The position numbers were made by a program, and so were the translations under genes. A stretch of DNA of 64,000 nucleotides, taken from assembly GCA_038134595.1 (NCBI GenBank), contig JAYPVM010000004.1:101573-165572 (forward strand), read 5' to 3'. Position 1 is the stretch's first letter. Each line of letters opens with the position of its first letter. Below, piece after piece: positions 49,948 through 60,083 of the stretch. Under the pieces are notes generated by a model. That model searched no databases. It was not told the origin of the DNA and worked only from the letters and a program-made list of their open reading frames with translations. The stretch is from Pseudomonadota bacterium (GTDB taxonomy: Bacteria > Bdellovibrionota_C > UBA2361 > OMII01).

Positions 49948-51578
49948 ATTCGCCTCCTGTATTTGCTAAGCTGGCGGAGACACAAGGAGTGTAGCTCTCG
50001 AGCTTCATGCGAATTTAAAAGATATGTTGTCAGTCCGTAAACACATGCGCCTAGGCTTATTCCGAGAGTGATTTGTAGGAATGGATGTAGAGAAGAGAGT
50101 GGAACGTATGAGACTGCGAGTACTGCTAAAAGAGAGCCAGCGATAGAAATTGAAGTTGCGCGTACTACTGGTACCCAGGAAAAGGATTTAGATGAGCATG
50201 ACAACACCAAACTGGCTAGTCCCATTGAGAAAAAAGCGGCGATGGTTGAGGCAGATGCTAATCCGATGTGACCGAGCGAGAAAGAAACTGAGATGCTTTG
50301 ATACAAGAGCGCCTGTACATGTGTAAGACCCTCCACGATCCAGTTCGGGCCTTGTTCTGTAGAGAGGGGGCCGATCAGAAGTAATGCGCTCAGAATGGTA
50401 ATTAACAGCGTACAGGCTCCGATAATTGTAGGAGTGACCGTATTCTTTCGGGCTATGAATGCGCGAACGATCATGGAATGAAAACTAGAAGCCCATAGCC
50501 CGAGAGATAAGGCCTGTAGGGCGGTTGCTGTTTGCCGGGTTGCATATCGCGAGAATTCTCCGCGTTCGAATAAAAGTGTAATGATAGGTTCGGCGAAGAG
50601 GGCAATAGCGGTTGCTACGGGGATGATACAAAAGCTAGTATATCTTAGAGAGTTGGTGAGATGTTGGTTGAAGTTTTCATGGTCCGATGAGGCAGCGGCG
50701 TTGGATAGTGCAGGAAGTAGGACTGAGGCAAGAGCGATTGAGAAAATCCCCATCGGAAATTGTGCTATTCTATCGGCATAAAATAGCCAGGAAACGCTAC
50801 CGGTAGGTAGAAGAGAGGCCATGAGAGTTCCAAAGAAGATAGTAATCTGGTAGATGGATGCTCCGAGTGTCGCTGGAAGCATCAAGCGAAGCACCTCCCA
50901 TCGAACCTTCGACTCGCCAAAGAGCAGTGGCGCAATCGACAAGCCCTGCTTACGACAAGTGGGCAGTTGAGAAATTATTTGAGCAGAGCCTCCTGCTAGA
51001 ACTGAAAACGCAAGGATCCATGTTGCCGTTTGCTTGTCTGTCGCAAGCAGAGCGCAGAGCCCGCCTCCGATTAAAACCAAGTTCATTACAACTTGGGCTA
51101 TCGCGGAAGCCCCAAAGATACCAAGTGTATTGAGCGCTGAATTTATCATCGCAATGAGACTGACAAAGAGGATGTATGGCGCCATAATCTGCGTTAACTG
51201 AACACAGAGTGCAAAGGTAGTTGGATCATCGGTAAAACCTGGCGCAAATGCGGCCACGATTTTGGAGGCAAAGTAAATCACGGCGCATACGATCGGTATT
51301 GTTATCAGAAGCAGAAGTCCGGCAATGTTTCTGAAGGTTAGTCGAGCCTTGTTTTTACTCTCCACGCGCGCTGAGGCAAAGACGGGTGTGAAAGCGGCAG
51401 TGAGGGCTCCTTCAGCGAGGAAGCTTCGCAGCAAATTAGGTATTCGGAAAGCGACAAAAAACGCGTCTGCAAAGAGTGAGGAGCCCAACAAAAAAGCCAC
51501 TAAGAGGTCTCGACCAAATCCAAGAAGTCGGCTTAGGAGAGTTAGGGTAGATACAATAGTTGTTCCTCGTAGTAGCAC
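49944..51578 (-). CDS. murJ: Lipid II flippase
   Basis: SRLLGFGRD, AFRIPNLLRSFLAEGA, YADR and LFERGEF. Confidence 0.95.
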   Translation of the reverse strand: MLLRGTTIVSTLTLLSRLLGFGRDLLVAFLLGSSLFADAFFVAFRIPNLLRSFLAEGALTAAFTPVFASARVESKNKARLTFRNIAGLLLLITIPIVCAVIYFASKIVAAFAPGFTDDPTTFALCVQLTQIMAPYILFVSLIAMINSALNTLGIFGASAIAQVVMNLVLIGGGLCALLATDKQTATWILAFSVLAGGSAQIISQLPTCRKQGLSIAPLLFGESKVRWEVLRLMLPATLGASIYQITIFFGTLMASLLPTGSVSWLFYADRIAQFPMGIFSIALASVLLPALSNAAASSDHENFNQHLTNSLRYTSFCIIPVATAIALFAEPIITLLFERGEFSRYATRQTATALQALSLGLWASSFHSMIVRAFIARKNTVTPTIIGACTLLITILSALLLIGPLSTEQGPNWIVEGLTHVQALLYQSISVSFSLGHIGLASASTIAAFFSMGLASLVLSCSSKSFSWVPVVRATSISIAGSLLAVLAVSYVPLSSLHPFLQITLGISLGACVYGLTTYLLNSHEARELHSLCLRQLSKYRRRI

Positions 51579-51705
51579 CGTGGTTCTCGCTTAGGTGTTG
51601 TTTCTATATTCTGCGCCAATGAGAGAACAGTTATTCCACGATGTGTGGTATAAGGTGTTCTTTAACGGACTCCTCGTGGAGTTGCTCTAGGGCGCTGTAG
51701 GTACT

Positions 51706-52857
51706 CTAGCGAATCATGAAACTACGCGAAACACGATAAAGATCAGAGGATAGATCTACTCCTCTTGATCGGATAATGCCGTTATCACCAGCCATTGAGC
51801 TCAGCGGTATAAAGCCCAGTTTGTCGTAATCCCGTGTAACCATAATACCGCTATTGCCTTCCAGAGTGTGTTGAACGGCACCGTATCCGAGAAATTTCGT
51901 GTATTCGATATCAAAGGATATCGGATCGCAGCATCGCAGTTCATAGCCGATGTTCTTTGTAATCATGTGAACATCAAGATCTGCCTCTTGAAGCATCTTT
52001 TTAAGCGGGGGGATGATTACATCACCAAGTTCGACCTGGGAGTATCGGATCCGTCCCATGTCGTCACGAACGCAACTTTCAAGTGCGGCAGACTTACTAG
52101 CGTCGATACAATCTAAAATACCCTCCGCCAGGATTATAACGCCATAGTTTTTCCCCATGGCTAAGCGTTTTCTGATAGAGGACAGGAGCATCGCCGCTAA
52201 ATCCTCTGGAGTAGGGGAGAAGTCAGAAAACTCCTCGGGTATCAGAGCAGATGTTGCTCCCGCCGCTAGTCCCATACCGAGGGCAAGAAATCCGGCTTTT
52301 CTTCCCATCGTGGTCGCAAAAAACCATCGCCTACAAGTCTTTGCGTCTTCTCTTAGAACCTCTACGATACGTGTTCCCGCGTACAGAGCAGTTTCATAGC
52401 CAAAGCTCGGGTGGTTGTTCGGAAGTACGAGGTCGTTGTCGATAGTTTTTGGCACGTGAACGACTGAAATATCGGGGCATTCCTGTGATAACCGTAGACT
52501 TAGATATGCAGAACCCTCTCCGCCAATTACGATTAACTTATCAATGTTGTGTTGTTGTAAACCGGAGATAAACTGGTTGAGGTGTTTCTCGTCCTTTAGA
52601 GGGTTAAAGCGGGAAGTTCCAAGTATTGAACCGCCTTTATTATAAATATTGGTGACCATGTCCGTTGTGAGATCGAGAACGGCTCCCGGCTCTCCCATTG
52701 TTATATCCCGAAAGCCATTGACGAGCCCCTTTACCGAGTACCCTCTGTTATTAGCCTCGATAACACTGGCGCTTATAACCGAATTTATTCCAGGAGCTGG
52801 ACCACCACTTACTACGATTCCAAAATTCTTTCGTCCGCTATCGCGCTCTGAACACAT
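51706..52857 (-). CDS. 6-phosphofructokinase (PfkA family)
   Basis: GGPAPGIN, GGSILGTSR, GGEGS, PKTIDND, MGRKAG and IGYELRC. Confidence 0.92.
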   Translation of the reverse strand: MCSERDSGRKNFGIVVSGGPAPGINSVISASVIEANNRGYSVKGLVNGFRDITMGEPGAVLDLTTDMVTNIYNKGGSILGTSRFNPLKDEKHLNQFISGLQQHNIDKLIVIGGEGSAYLSLRLSQECPDISVVHVPKTIDNDLVLPNNHPSFGYETALYAGTRIVEVLREDAKTCRRWFFATTMGRKAGFLALGMGLAAGATSALIPEEFSDFSPTPEDLAAMLLSSIRKRLAMGKNYGVIILAEGILDCIDASKSAALESCVRDDMGRIRYSQVELGDVIIPPLKKMLQEADLDVHMITKNIGYELRCCDPISFDIEYTKFLGYGAVQHTLEGNSGIMVTRDYDKLGFIPLSSMAGDNGIIRSRGVDLSSDLYRVSRSFMIR

Positions 52858-53345
52858 ACAAGACTCCACAAGTTTTTAATGTTGAGGATTTAAAGCGTAG
52901 AGGATCACAGTGTACGTTGTGAAGTCTAGATCACATAGAACAGAACTTACAGTCTAGCGCCGCCTCAATTTCTCCCCACATTGAGTTTTATAAAAAACGT
53001 CGGTTCAGAGTCAAAGACATCATGTTAGGCGTTTTTCTCAATTTGCCCCAAGGAGTGTCATAACTAAGACGCATTCCCATTGGTCGCCGGAGATTAGCAC
53101 AAAGTTACGAGCGCTCCAAATATGACAGGACAACAAAGCTGCCAACGTAGGTTTGTTTTGCAGCGGATATGTACCTCTTTTTTGTGCATGCGCTGTGTGC
53201 CATTGAGAGCGGTTTTTACGGACATGATTTGTGAGCAAAAATGAGGGGAAATTACTTATTTGGCCGAATGGGTGGTTCGATCAGACGATAAAAACTCAAG
53301 GTTTCAGCTAGTTATGGCGCTTAAACCGTTGTCGCGGAAATGAAT

Positions 53346-53390
53346 AAAAAAAGAGTGAGTGAGAAGTAGAATTCACTGCTTCTCACTCAC
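53346..53390 (-). terminator. Intrinsic terminator downstream of the DsbA-like gene
   Basis: About 15-bp stem GTGAGTGAGAAGTAG/CTGCTTCTCACTCAC; an A7 run on the plus strand gives a U-tract on the minus strand. Confidence 0.75.
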
Positions 53391-53462
53391 CCTCTCTGTA
53401 GTCCCAGCCTCTCTCTACCTCTGTAGTAAAAGCGTAAGGCCGTGAGTATGTTATGCTAGGGA

Positions 53463-54248
53463 TTAATTAGCTCCCTTAACACCAGCGTTTAACCATCGGT
53501 CAACTATTTGAGCAAAGTGAGGCACTGGGTACGCTCCCTTCACAGCCACCCCATTTACAAAAAATCCGGGAGTGCCCTGAATGCCATTTTTGGAGCCTGT
53601 GTCCGCATCTAGCTTTACTTGCGCCGCAGCTTCACTTGAATTCATGTCGGCTTTGAATTTTTTCTCATCTAGTTTGAGCTTCTTCGCTGTTTCAAGGTAG
53701 AAGGCACTGCCTAGCTTATCTTGGTTTTCAAACATCTCGTCGTGGAACTCCCAAAACTTACCCTGTTGTTGTGCGGCCCAGGCTGCTTTTGCTGAAGGCT
53801 CGGCCTCTTTGTGAAATGGTAGGGGATAGTGTTTGAATACTACCTTAACGTCTTTTGGATACTTCTTGAGTACAGCGTCCATCGTCTCTTTGCCTCGCTT
53901 GCAGTAAGGGCATTGAAAGTCTGAGAACTCGATAATCGTTACCTTGGCGTCTTTAGGCCCCTTAACAGGGCTCTTGCCCGGGTCAATTTTTACTGGATTT
54001 TTAAATTGAGCTTCTAAATCAGCTTGGGCTTTCTCTTCCTGCTGTTTTAGCGCATCTTGCTGACGTTTTTGGAAATATTTTTCAATGGCTGTCCCAATTT
54101 TTGCTACACCTTCATCGGTAGCTAAATACCGCTCAATGGATGATGAAAAATCTTTTTCAGATATCTCCGCATTGGCGGTCGCTGATAAACCCACGGCGGT
54201 CGCTGTTAGGATTGCTAGTGTTGCTGAGTAAAATGTTCTTTTTATCAT
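53463..54248 (-). CDS. DsbA/thioredoxin-fold periplasmic oxidoreductase
   Basis: Signal peptide; EFSDFQCPYC and GTPGFFVNG. Confidence 0.92.
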   Translation of the reverse strand: MIKRTFYSATLAILTATAVGLSATANAEISEKDFSSSIERYLATDEGVAKIGTAIEKYFQKRQQDALKQQEEKAQADLEAQFKNPVKIDPGKSPVKGPKDAKVTIIEFSDFQCPYCKRGKETMDAVLKKYPKDVKVVFKHYPLPFHKEAEPSAKAAWAAQQQGKFWEFHDEMFENQDKLGSAFYLETAKKLKLDEKKFKADMNSSEAAAQVKLDADTGSKNGIQGTPGFFVNGVAVKGAYPVPHFAQIVDRWLNAGVKGAN

Positions 54249-54759
54249 AGGTTTTTCTTTAAAGATTTTGCCTAAAGTTGACTAGACTATGGCAAGTTAC
54301 TGTATTATTAGAGAGCGCGCGCGCAAAAAGTAGAAGACTTTTATGTCGTTAAGCCAAGCTCAATGTCGTCTGGTAGAGAAGCGATAAGGGGGCGTTGCTC
54401 ACAGATACATATGAGATATCTGTCTGATAGCCATCACACCCCAAAGCGCCTCGCCTCCTTCTTGCGAACACAAGACTCAAGCAGAAGTCCTCTAGTCTCC
54501 TAGGAGATAGCAGAAAACTCGTCATCTCACAAACATAATTAAGAATAAAAGCGCTGGAACTTTTAGTGTAGTTCGGGTATGCAAGTAGCTCGTAGCAAAG
54601 GACGTGTCAGATGAGATTTTGACTGTAGTTCATAGCGCTCTTCGGAGCGCCCCAATTTGAAAGCTAGGGCGGGGATTCCAACGATTTAGGTCGATTGAGT
54701 GTAGCCGCTTCTGGAAGTTGTCTTGCTGATTTAGGGCCTTTAATTTCGAGGAAAGAGGT

Positions 54760-55344
54760 ATGGAGAAAAATATGATTTTATCGCTTATGACTGTAGCAGG
54801 TGTTTTTTGGGGTTTGGCGTCACTGGCTTCTGCAGACCCGCTTACAGCGACGCTTAAGACGTCCAAGGGAACTATAGAGATAGCTTTGGAGGCCGAGAAG
54901 ACACCTGTAACGGTTGCAAATTTCGTTAATCTAGCTCAAAAAGGGTTCTATAATGGCATTAAGTTTCATAGAGTTATTCCTGATTTTATGATCCAAGGTG
55001 GAGATCCAACAGGTACCGGAGCAGGAGGGCCAGGATACCGCTTTGAAGATGAGTTTGATGCAACACTAAAACACACAGGCCCTGGGATCCTCTCAATGGC
55101 TAATGCTGGTCCAGGAACGAACGGAAGTCAGTTTTTCATTACGCATGTTGCGACTCCGTGGTTAGATGGCAAGCACTCAGTTTTTGGACACGTTCTTAAG
55201 GGTCAGGATGTGGTCGATTCCATTGCACAAGGTGATACCATCGAATCTGTAGTGATTAACGGTGATACAAAGGCGCTTTTTGGCAACGCAAAAGTTGCTG
55301 CAAAGCTTGCTAGTTGGAATGAGGCTCTCGAGGCTCGTTCTTAG
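54760..55344 (+). CDS. Exported cyclophilin-type peptidyl-prolyl isomerase
   Basis: Signal peptide; [32 protein letters not shown] and [10 protein letters not shown]. Confidence 0.95.
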   Translation: MEKNMILSLMTVAGVFWGLASLASADPLTATLKTSKGTIEIALEAEKTPVTVANFVNLAQKGFYNGIKFHRVIPDFMIQGGDPTGTGAGGPGYRFEDEFDATLKHTGPGILSMANAGPGTNGSQFFITHVATPWLDGKHSVFGHVLKGQDVVDSIAQGDTIESVVINGDTKALFGNAKVAAKLASWNEALEARS

Positions 55345-55351
55345 TTTTTGG

Positions 55352-55374
55352 GGGCACGCTCTTCGAGCGTGCCC
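55352..55374. terminator. Strong hairpin just after the cyclophilin stop codon
   Basis: GGGCACGCTC-TTC-GAGCGTGCCC perfect 10-bp stem; U-tract is weak. Confidence 0.55.
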
Positions 55375-55406
55375 TTGGCAAAGCCAGGAGATAGTATTCT
55401 CCGAAA

Positions 55407-55577
55407 CCACTGCAGGTAGTAGCAGTGTTCTCAAGCCCGATAAAAGACATTCCAATGAGAGGCCGTTAGGTATTTTCGGCAACGAGCCCTATCGACATTA
55501 AGATTTATTTGCATTCAGATTTGCTTGTCAGTAGGGACCTTGAACCCGATGGTGCTTGAGTGCTGATCGTATCCATG
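55407..55577 (+). ncRNA. Possible 6S-like RNA
   Basis: CTCAAGCCC pairs with GG-T-GCTTGAG and CCCTATCGACA with TGTCAGTAGGG; the unpaired ACCTTGAACC resembles the 6S central bubble. Confidence 0.35.
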
Positions 55578-55769
55578 GAAGCCCCCTACGGAGGAGAGCT
55601 CCCATGGAATTAATGTTGTTATTCTGTTAGCTCTTTACAGCTTCATTTCATTCGTATCCAGCGTAAATTAATACCAGCAGAGCTCCAAGATAAACACAAA
55701 GGTCATAGGTCTTGTGTGGTCTTGGAGCCTACGAAACACGTCTCAGCAATTTACACTGGGAAAGTGAGT

Positions 55770-56633
55770 TTAAAGCTGGGCACCTTCCAAGGCTTTGATG
55801 CGAGCATCTAAAGGAGGATGTGTAGAAAACCACGAGCGTGGACCACTGGATATCTTGAAAGCCGCTAGTGCTGGTTGGTGTTCGTATCTCTTGCTGTTTG
55901 CTTGTAGTCGTCTAAGTGCTGCAATCATATCCCCTTTGCCTGCATAGCGCGCTCCCCCACGGTCGGCTCGATATTCGCGGTAACGAGAGAATGCACAAAC
56001 TACAACCATACCGAGGATTCCAAAGGCAATCTCAAGCCCTATCGTAATTAGCATCGCATAAAGGCGGCGATTCTCTTCTTTTGCATTCTGAGAAACCGCC
56101 CACGCTATGGCTCGGGCAAAGAACATTACAAACGCATTGATAACCCCCTGTAGAAGAGTCATGGTGACCATGTCCCCATTGGCGATATGCGCTATTTCAT
56201 GAGCGGCTACCCCCTCTATTTCGTTGCGATCCATTGAGTGTAAAAGGCCCGTTGAAAATGCCACGAGGGATCGACGTTTTGAAGGTCCTGTGGCAAAGGC
56301 ATTTACCTCGGCACTGTCCCATATGCCAACTTCAGGCATAGCTGGCAACCCTGCCTTGTGCGCCAGCTGTTCTACCATTGTATACACCCACGCCAACTCA
56401 GAGGAGTTTCGATTGATAACACGAACTCCCATTATTGTTTTGGCGCTCCACCGTGAGATCGATAATGAAATGAAGGCCCCACCCATACCCCACACAAGGC
56501 AAAATACGAGGAGAGACGAATAGTCCAGGCCTTGGGCTGTTATGTAGTGATTGACTCCTAGAATGCTCGTGACAACCGATATGGTTACGACGACTAGAAG
56601 GTTAGTAAGAATAAAAAGAAGGATTCGTTTCAT
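55770..56633 (-). CDS. htpX: Zinc metalloprotease HtpX
   Basis: NAFATG, HEIAHIANGDMVTMTL, FSRYREYRAD and FSTHPPL. Confidence 0.96.
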   Translation of the reverse strand: MKRILLFILTNLLVVVTISVVTSILGVNHYITAQGLDYSSLLVFCLVWGMGGAFISLSISRWSAKTIMGVRVINRNSSELAWVYTMVEQLAHKAGLPAMPEVGIWDSAEVNAFATGPSKRRSLVAFSTGLLHSMDRNEIEGVAAHEIAHIANGDMVTMTLLQGVINAFVMFFARAIAWAVSQNAKEENRRLYAMLITIGLEIAFGILGMVVVCAFSRYREYRADRGGARYAGKGDMIAALRRLQANSKRYEHQPALAAFKISSGPRSWFSTHPPLDARIKALEGAQL

Positions 56634-57276
56634 AGGATTGTTATATTACCTCTCTGGTTAATTTTTAAAAATTGGACCTTTAAGTTTAATCGAAAGTCTT
56701 TCGCCCGTAGGATAACCGCAATCTGTTTTGTAGAGCAAAGTATAGCCAAATAACGAGAATCGCTCCCCTGAAGGCTTGTCAAGGATCGCACGAATCCCAC
56801 TATAGAAACATCTCGAAAGATGAGTATAGCCGCTACGCAAATCTTTTGAACAGCCTAGTGAGTTTTTGGTGCGTTCAGCCGTTTGCTTCTTATGGTTTCT
56901 TCAAGACTGCCGTAGGGATACCTCATTAAAAATCCTGTCCATGCCACACCTTGCGGAGCTTATGTCTCTAGTTCTCCTCATGAAGACAAGAAACTAGTAA
57001 CGTAGAGCAGGTTAAACCGCATCTCCCAGTGTTAATCATTTCAGTTAGTCATTTCAATCAGAAGTGCGGTAATTTTGGGCTCTGAATGCAGGTCTGACTG
57101 CTCAAGAGGGGCGATTTTTCAACCGTAGTTTTATCTTTTTGACATGCCTTATATCAGCAGGTTGTATGATATTTAACTGAAGTTCTTATTGATTTTATCT
57201 TGTGAAGATTTCTTCAATACGGTAGTGCTAATTTGAAAAACCTATCATCTAAATAAACAGTGATTTGAGTTGTAGG

Positions 57277-57294
57277 GCCAGGGAAGGCAGGAAG
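57277..57294 (+). promoter_or_regulatory. Putative CsrA autoregulatory sites in the csrA leader
   Basis: GCC-AGGGAA-GGC hairpin (ANGGAN loop) plus CAGGAAG at the RBS. Confidence 0.5.
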
Positions 57295-57296
57295 AT

Positions 57297-57635
57297 ATGT
57301 TGATTTTAACTAGAAAGCCGGGGGAGAGTCTCTATATAGGAGATAATGTCAAGGTTACAATAGTTGAGATGAAAGGAAATCAAATCAGAGTCGGTGTGGA
57401 TGCTCCTTCGACTCTCAGAATTTATAGAGAAGAGATATATCTGCAAATTCTAGAGGAAAACAAGAGCGCCGCAGAAGGAATATCCGACGCTGCTTTGACA
57501 GAACTATCGGGTGGTTGGAAAGGAGTCTCTCGGGGCTCTGGACAAAAGGCTTCAGGAGGGCAGAGCGAAGGGGCAATAAATGCCAAGCGCTCAGATGTGC
57601 TTCTTAAACGAAAGTCAGCTGGAACAAAACAATGA
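57297..57635 (+). CDS. csrA: Carbon storage regulator CsrA, long C-tail (FliW-regulated) type
   Basis: MLILTRKPGESLYIGDNVKVT..QIRVGVDAP..IYREEIY..EENK. Confidence 0.97.
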   Translation: MLILTRKPGESLYIGDNVKVTIVEMKGNQIRVGVDAPSTLRIYREEIYLQILEENKSAAEGISDAALTELSGGWKGVSRGSGQKASGGQSEGAINAKRSDVLLKRKSAGTKQ

Positions 57636-57659
57636 AATTTTGCTCCAATGCTCTACAGC

Positions 57660-57704
57660 AAGGATGTAAGGGCAATAAGGATGTAAGGGCAATAAGGATG
57701 TAAG
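57660..57704 (+). repeat. 17-bp tandem repeat giving three AAGGATGT motifs before fliW
   Basis: AAGGATGTAAGGGCAAT x2 plus AAGGATGTAAG, ending 6 nt before the fliW ATG. Confidence 0.9.
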
Positions 57705-57710
57705 AGTGTA

Positions 57711-58244
57711 ATGAGTAACGAGACGGAAACACAAGGTGAGCAACTGACATTTGCCAGCGCTCGTTTCGGGGAATTCACTGTCCCAGCAGAGACGGTGATC
57801 GAAATTCCATCCGGAATAATTGGTTTTCCCAATTCCACTCGGTTCGTCATGCTCGAGCACAAACCCCCATTTTCGTGGCTGCATGCTATAGACGATCCAA
57901 ACCTAGCTTTTGTCGTAGTTGACGGTTTTGAATTCGGACAGCAATTTGATGTAAAACCTCCGATTGGAGATGTCGACACAGATCTTAAAGCAGAAGATGA
58001 GTATGCGATTCTGATTGTTGTGACGGTGCGCCCAGATCCAAGACTTACTACAGCTAATTTGAAGGCACCTGTTTTTGTGAACATGCGCAACAGAAAGGGT
58101 GTTCAGACTATTATCGATGACCAGCGTTATTCGACGCGTTTTCCGTTATGGAGCGAGGCGGCCTCCGAGGAGAATGGAGATGCTGATCAGGGACAGATAG
58201 CCGATACCTCTACCCAAGACGCTGTAGAAAACGCCAAAAGATAA
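57711..58244 (+). CDS. fliW: Flagellar assembly factor / CsrA antagonist FliW
   Basis: RFGE, GIIGFP, WLHAIDDPNLAFVVV, TANLKAPV and GVQ; directly follows csrA. Confidence 0.93.
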   Translation: MSNETETQGEQLTFASARFGEFTVPAETVIEIPSGIIGFPNSTRFVMLEHKPPFSWLHAIDDPNLAFVVVDGFEFGQQFDVKPPIGDVDTDLKAEDEYAILIVVTVRPDPRLTTANLKAPVFVNMRNRKGVQTIIDDQRYSTRFPLWSEAASEENGDADQGQIADTSTQDAVENAKR

Positions 58245-58347
58245 CAAATTAAAAGTAGGCTAGTGCTGTTGGGCTCTTTTCGGTCTTTTGGACGGACTAG
58301 GTCGTGAGTGATTGTAAGACTAGAGTCTCTAATCTTAAACTCTATTG

Positions 58348-60012
58348 TCATTGTCGCTGAAATATTCTCCATCGACCGATGCGTTTTATCTCTCGTATTG
58401 AGGGAATATCCCGGTGGATTTTGATAAGATCTTTATCCTTTAGCCTGGCTATTACATAGGGACATTTGGCCTGCGCAACATCGGAATCGTGCGTAGAAAT
58501 AAGTTTGATTGCGGGAGCAGATGTCAATGCGCCGTAGAAGGAGGCTGAGAAGGGTGTTTTGTAGGGGAAAAATAAACACACCGAGTTAGGCGATGATTCA
58601 GGAAGTGATTGAGCGGCAGTTAGGATTCTTCGGGTCGAACGATTCTCTGAAAGATAGTTGTCGAGGCCTAAAATCGTACTTCCGTATAAAACCCCTGTCA
58701 CTAAAGATGTGTGTAGTAAGCTCATGTGAAGACCGCCGGAAGCTCGGTAGATACGAATAACAAGAAAGCTCTGCCCGATGATTATTGGAATCATGAAAGG
58801 CATAGATGCCCCGAAGAAGAGGGTGCCCACCGAGAGCGCGATCATAATAATGCTAAGAAGTGTTAAGGACCGCTTTACTATTATTATTATTAGTTTTGAT
58901 GATGTTGTGTGACAATAGTGCCACAGTATGCCTAATAAGAATGCAAAACCGGGGACTGAGGGCAGAAGGTATGTTCCAGTGTATTGCCGTGCTCCGAGCA
59001 GTAATATCGGACAGCTTAAGGACCATGCGAGTGCGAAAACTATCAGTGGACGTTCGAGAATAGAATCAAGAGCCTGTTTCGTAATGAGGCGTTTTCGTTC
59101 GGCGATCAGAGCTACTGCTACAAGGAAAGACCAGGGAAAGCAGGCTAGAATCATCATTCCAAACGCAGCGCCGAATGGTTGGTGATGTCCATTTCCGTAT
59201 TCATCACCGTAGTCACTTTTAAGATAGCGACCGAAGTTTTCATTCCAGAGAAAGTATTCCAAAAACCCCGGATTTTGTAGCTCTGCGAGAAGATACCAGG
59301 GTAGAACCAAAGCGGAGAACAAAAGCAGGCCACGAATCCACGGAAGAGCCGAAAGCTGAGCGGCCCATTTTCCGGAGCGTAGCCGATAAATGGCAACCCA
59401 CGGAATAATTGTCGCTCCTACTAGGATCGTTGCTAACGGTCCTTTGACGAGCACTCCCAGAGCCATTCCGATAAAGAAGGTGTATCGAGCAATTTTAGAT
59501 CTATCGCTTAGGAGAAAACTTACCAACGCGATTGTAATTCCGAGAGTTAGCGTAACGTCAAGCACTACAGCACCCGAGAGAAAAAACAAAAGACAACTCG
59601 TTGCTAAGGTTGCCATTGCGATGATAGCCGCTTCAGACCCTATGAGTATCGAGGTTCCAAATCCTAGCGTTGCTACAATTGCAATGCCGCTTAAGAAGCT
59701 TGGTAATCTAGCTGCAAAATTATTTTGTCCAAACAAAATAAAGGAGACCTGCTCAAGCCAAAAATGCAAGGGCGGCTTACCCAAGTATGGTTTAATTTCC
59801 CCGTGAAAATCTATCCAGGGTGTGATCCAGGTGTTTTTTGCGAGCATTAATTGGGCAACGCCAGCGTAACGACCCTCGGTTGTATCAACAAGATCGGGCA
59901 TACCAAGGCTTAACAAGCGAGCCAAAAAAACAGTGCCGAGGCAAAGAATGCTGACGAAGGTAACGGCTTGTAGGCGGGAAGACGAGTGCACTTGAGATGG
60001 CTTTGGGGACAC
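58348..60012 (-). CDS. ArnT/PMT-like glycosyltransferase (GT39/GT83)
   Basis: DTTEGRYA, KPPLHFW, ARLPS, LVKGP and LPWY; many TM segments. Confidence 0.88.
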   Translation of the reverse strand: MSPKPSQVHSSSRLQAVTFVSILCLGTVFLARLLSLGMPDLVDTTEGRYAGVAQLMLAKNTWITPWIDFHGEIKPYLGKPPLHFWLEQVSFILFGQNNFAARLPSFLSGIAIVATLGFGTSILIGSEAAIIAMATLATSCLLFFLSGAVVLDVTLTLGITIALVSFLLSDRSKIARYTFFIGMALGVLVKGPLATILVGATIIPWVAIYRLRSGKWAAQLSALPWIRGLLLFSALVLPWYLLAELQNPGFLEYFLWNENFGRYLKSDYGDEYGNGHHQPFGAAFGMMILACFPWSFLVAVALIAERKRLITKQALDSILERPLIVFALAWSLSCPILLLGARQYTGTYLLPSVPGFAFLLGILWHYCHTTSSKLIIIIVKRSLTLLSIIMIALSVGTLFFGASMPFMIPIIIGQSFLVIRIYRASGGLHMSLLHTSLVTGVLYGSTILGLDNYLSENRSTRRILTAAQSLPESSPNSVCLFFPYKTPFSASFYGALTSAPAIKLISTHDSDVAQAKCPYVIARLKDKDLIKIHRDIPSIREIKRIGRWRIFQRQ

Positions 60013-60083
60013 AGAATTTTCTCCAAATTAATTACTACTATCTTGAAGTAGTTCCGTTTAGGCAAAAAGAATCAGAGCTTTGC

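Noticed and set aside
55375..55420. Cobalamin or c-di-GMP-I riboswitch (AGCCAGGAGA, CCACTG, GCAAAGCC)
   Set aside because: Motifs are in the wrong order or incomplete, and there is no co-oriented downstream gene.
57139..57170. TTGACA...TATGAT sigma70 promoter for csrA
   Set aside because: The spacer is 20 nt, outside the usual range.
57660..57704. Repeats as a CRISPR array (also 40657-40707 and 60084-60134)
   Set aside because: Units are contiguous 17-mers with no unique spacers and no cas genes nearby.
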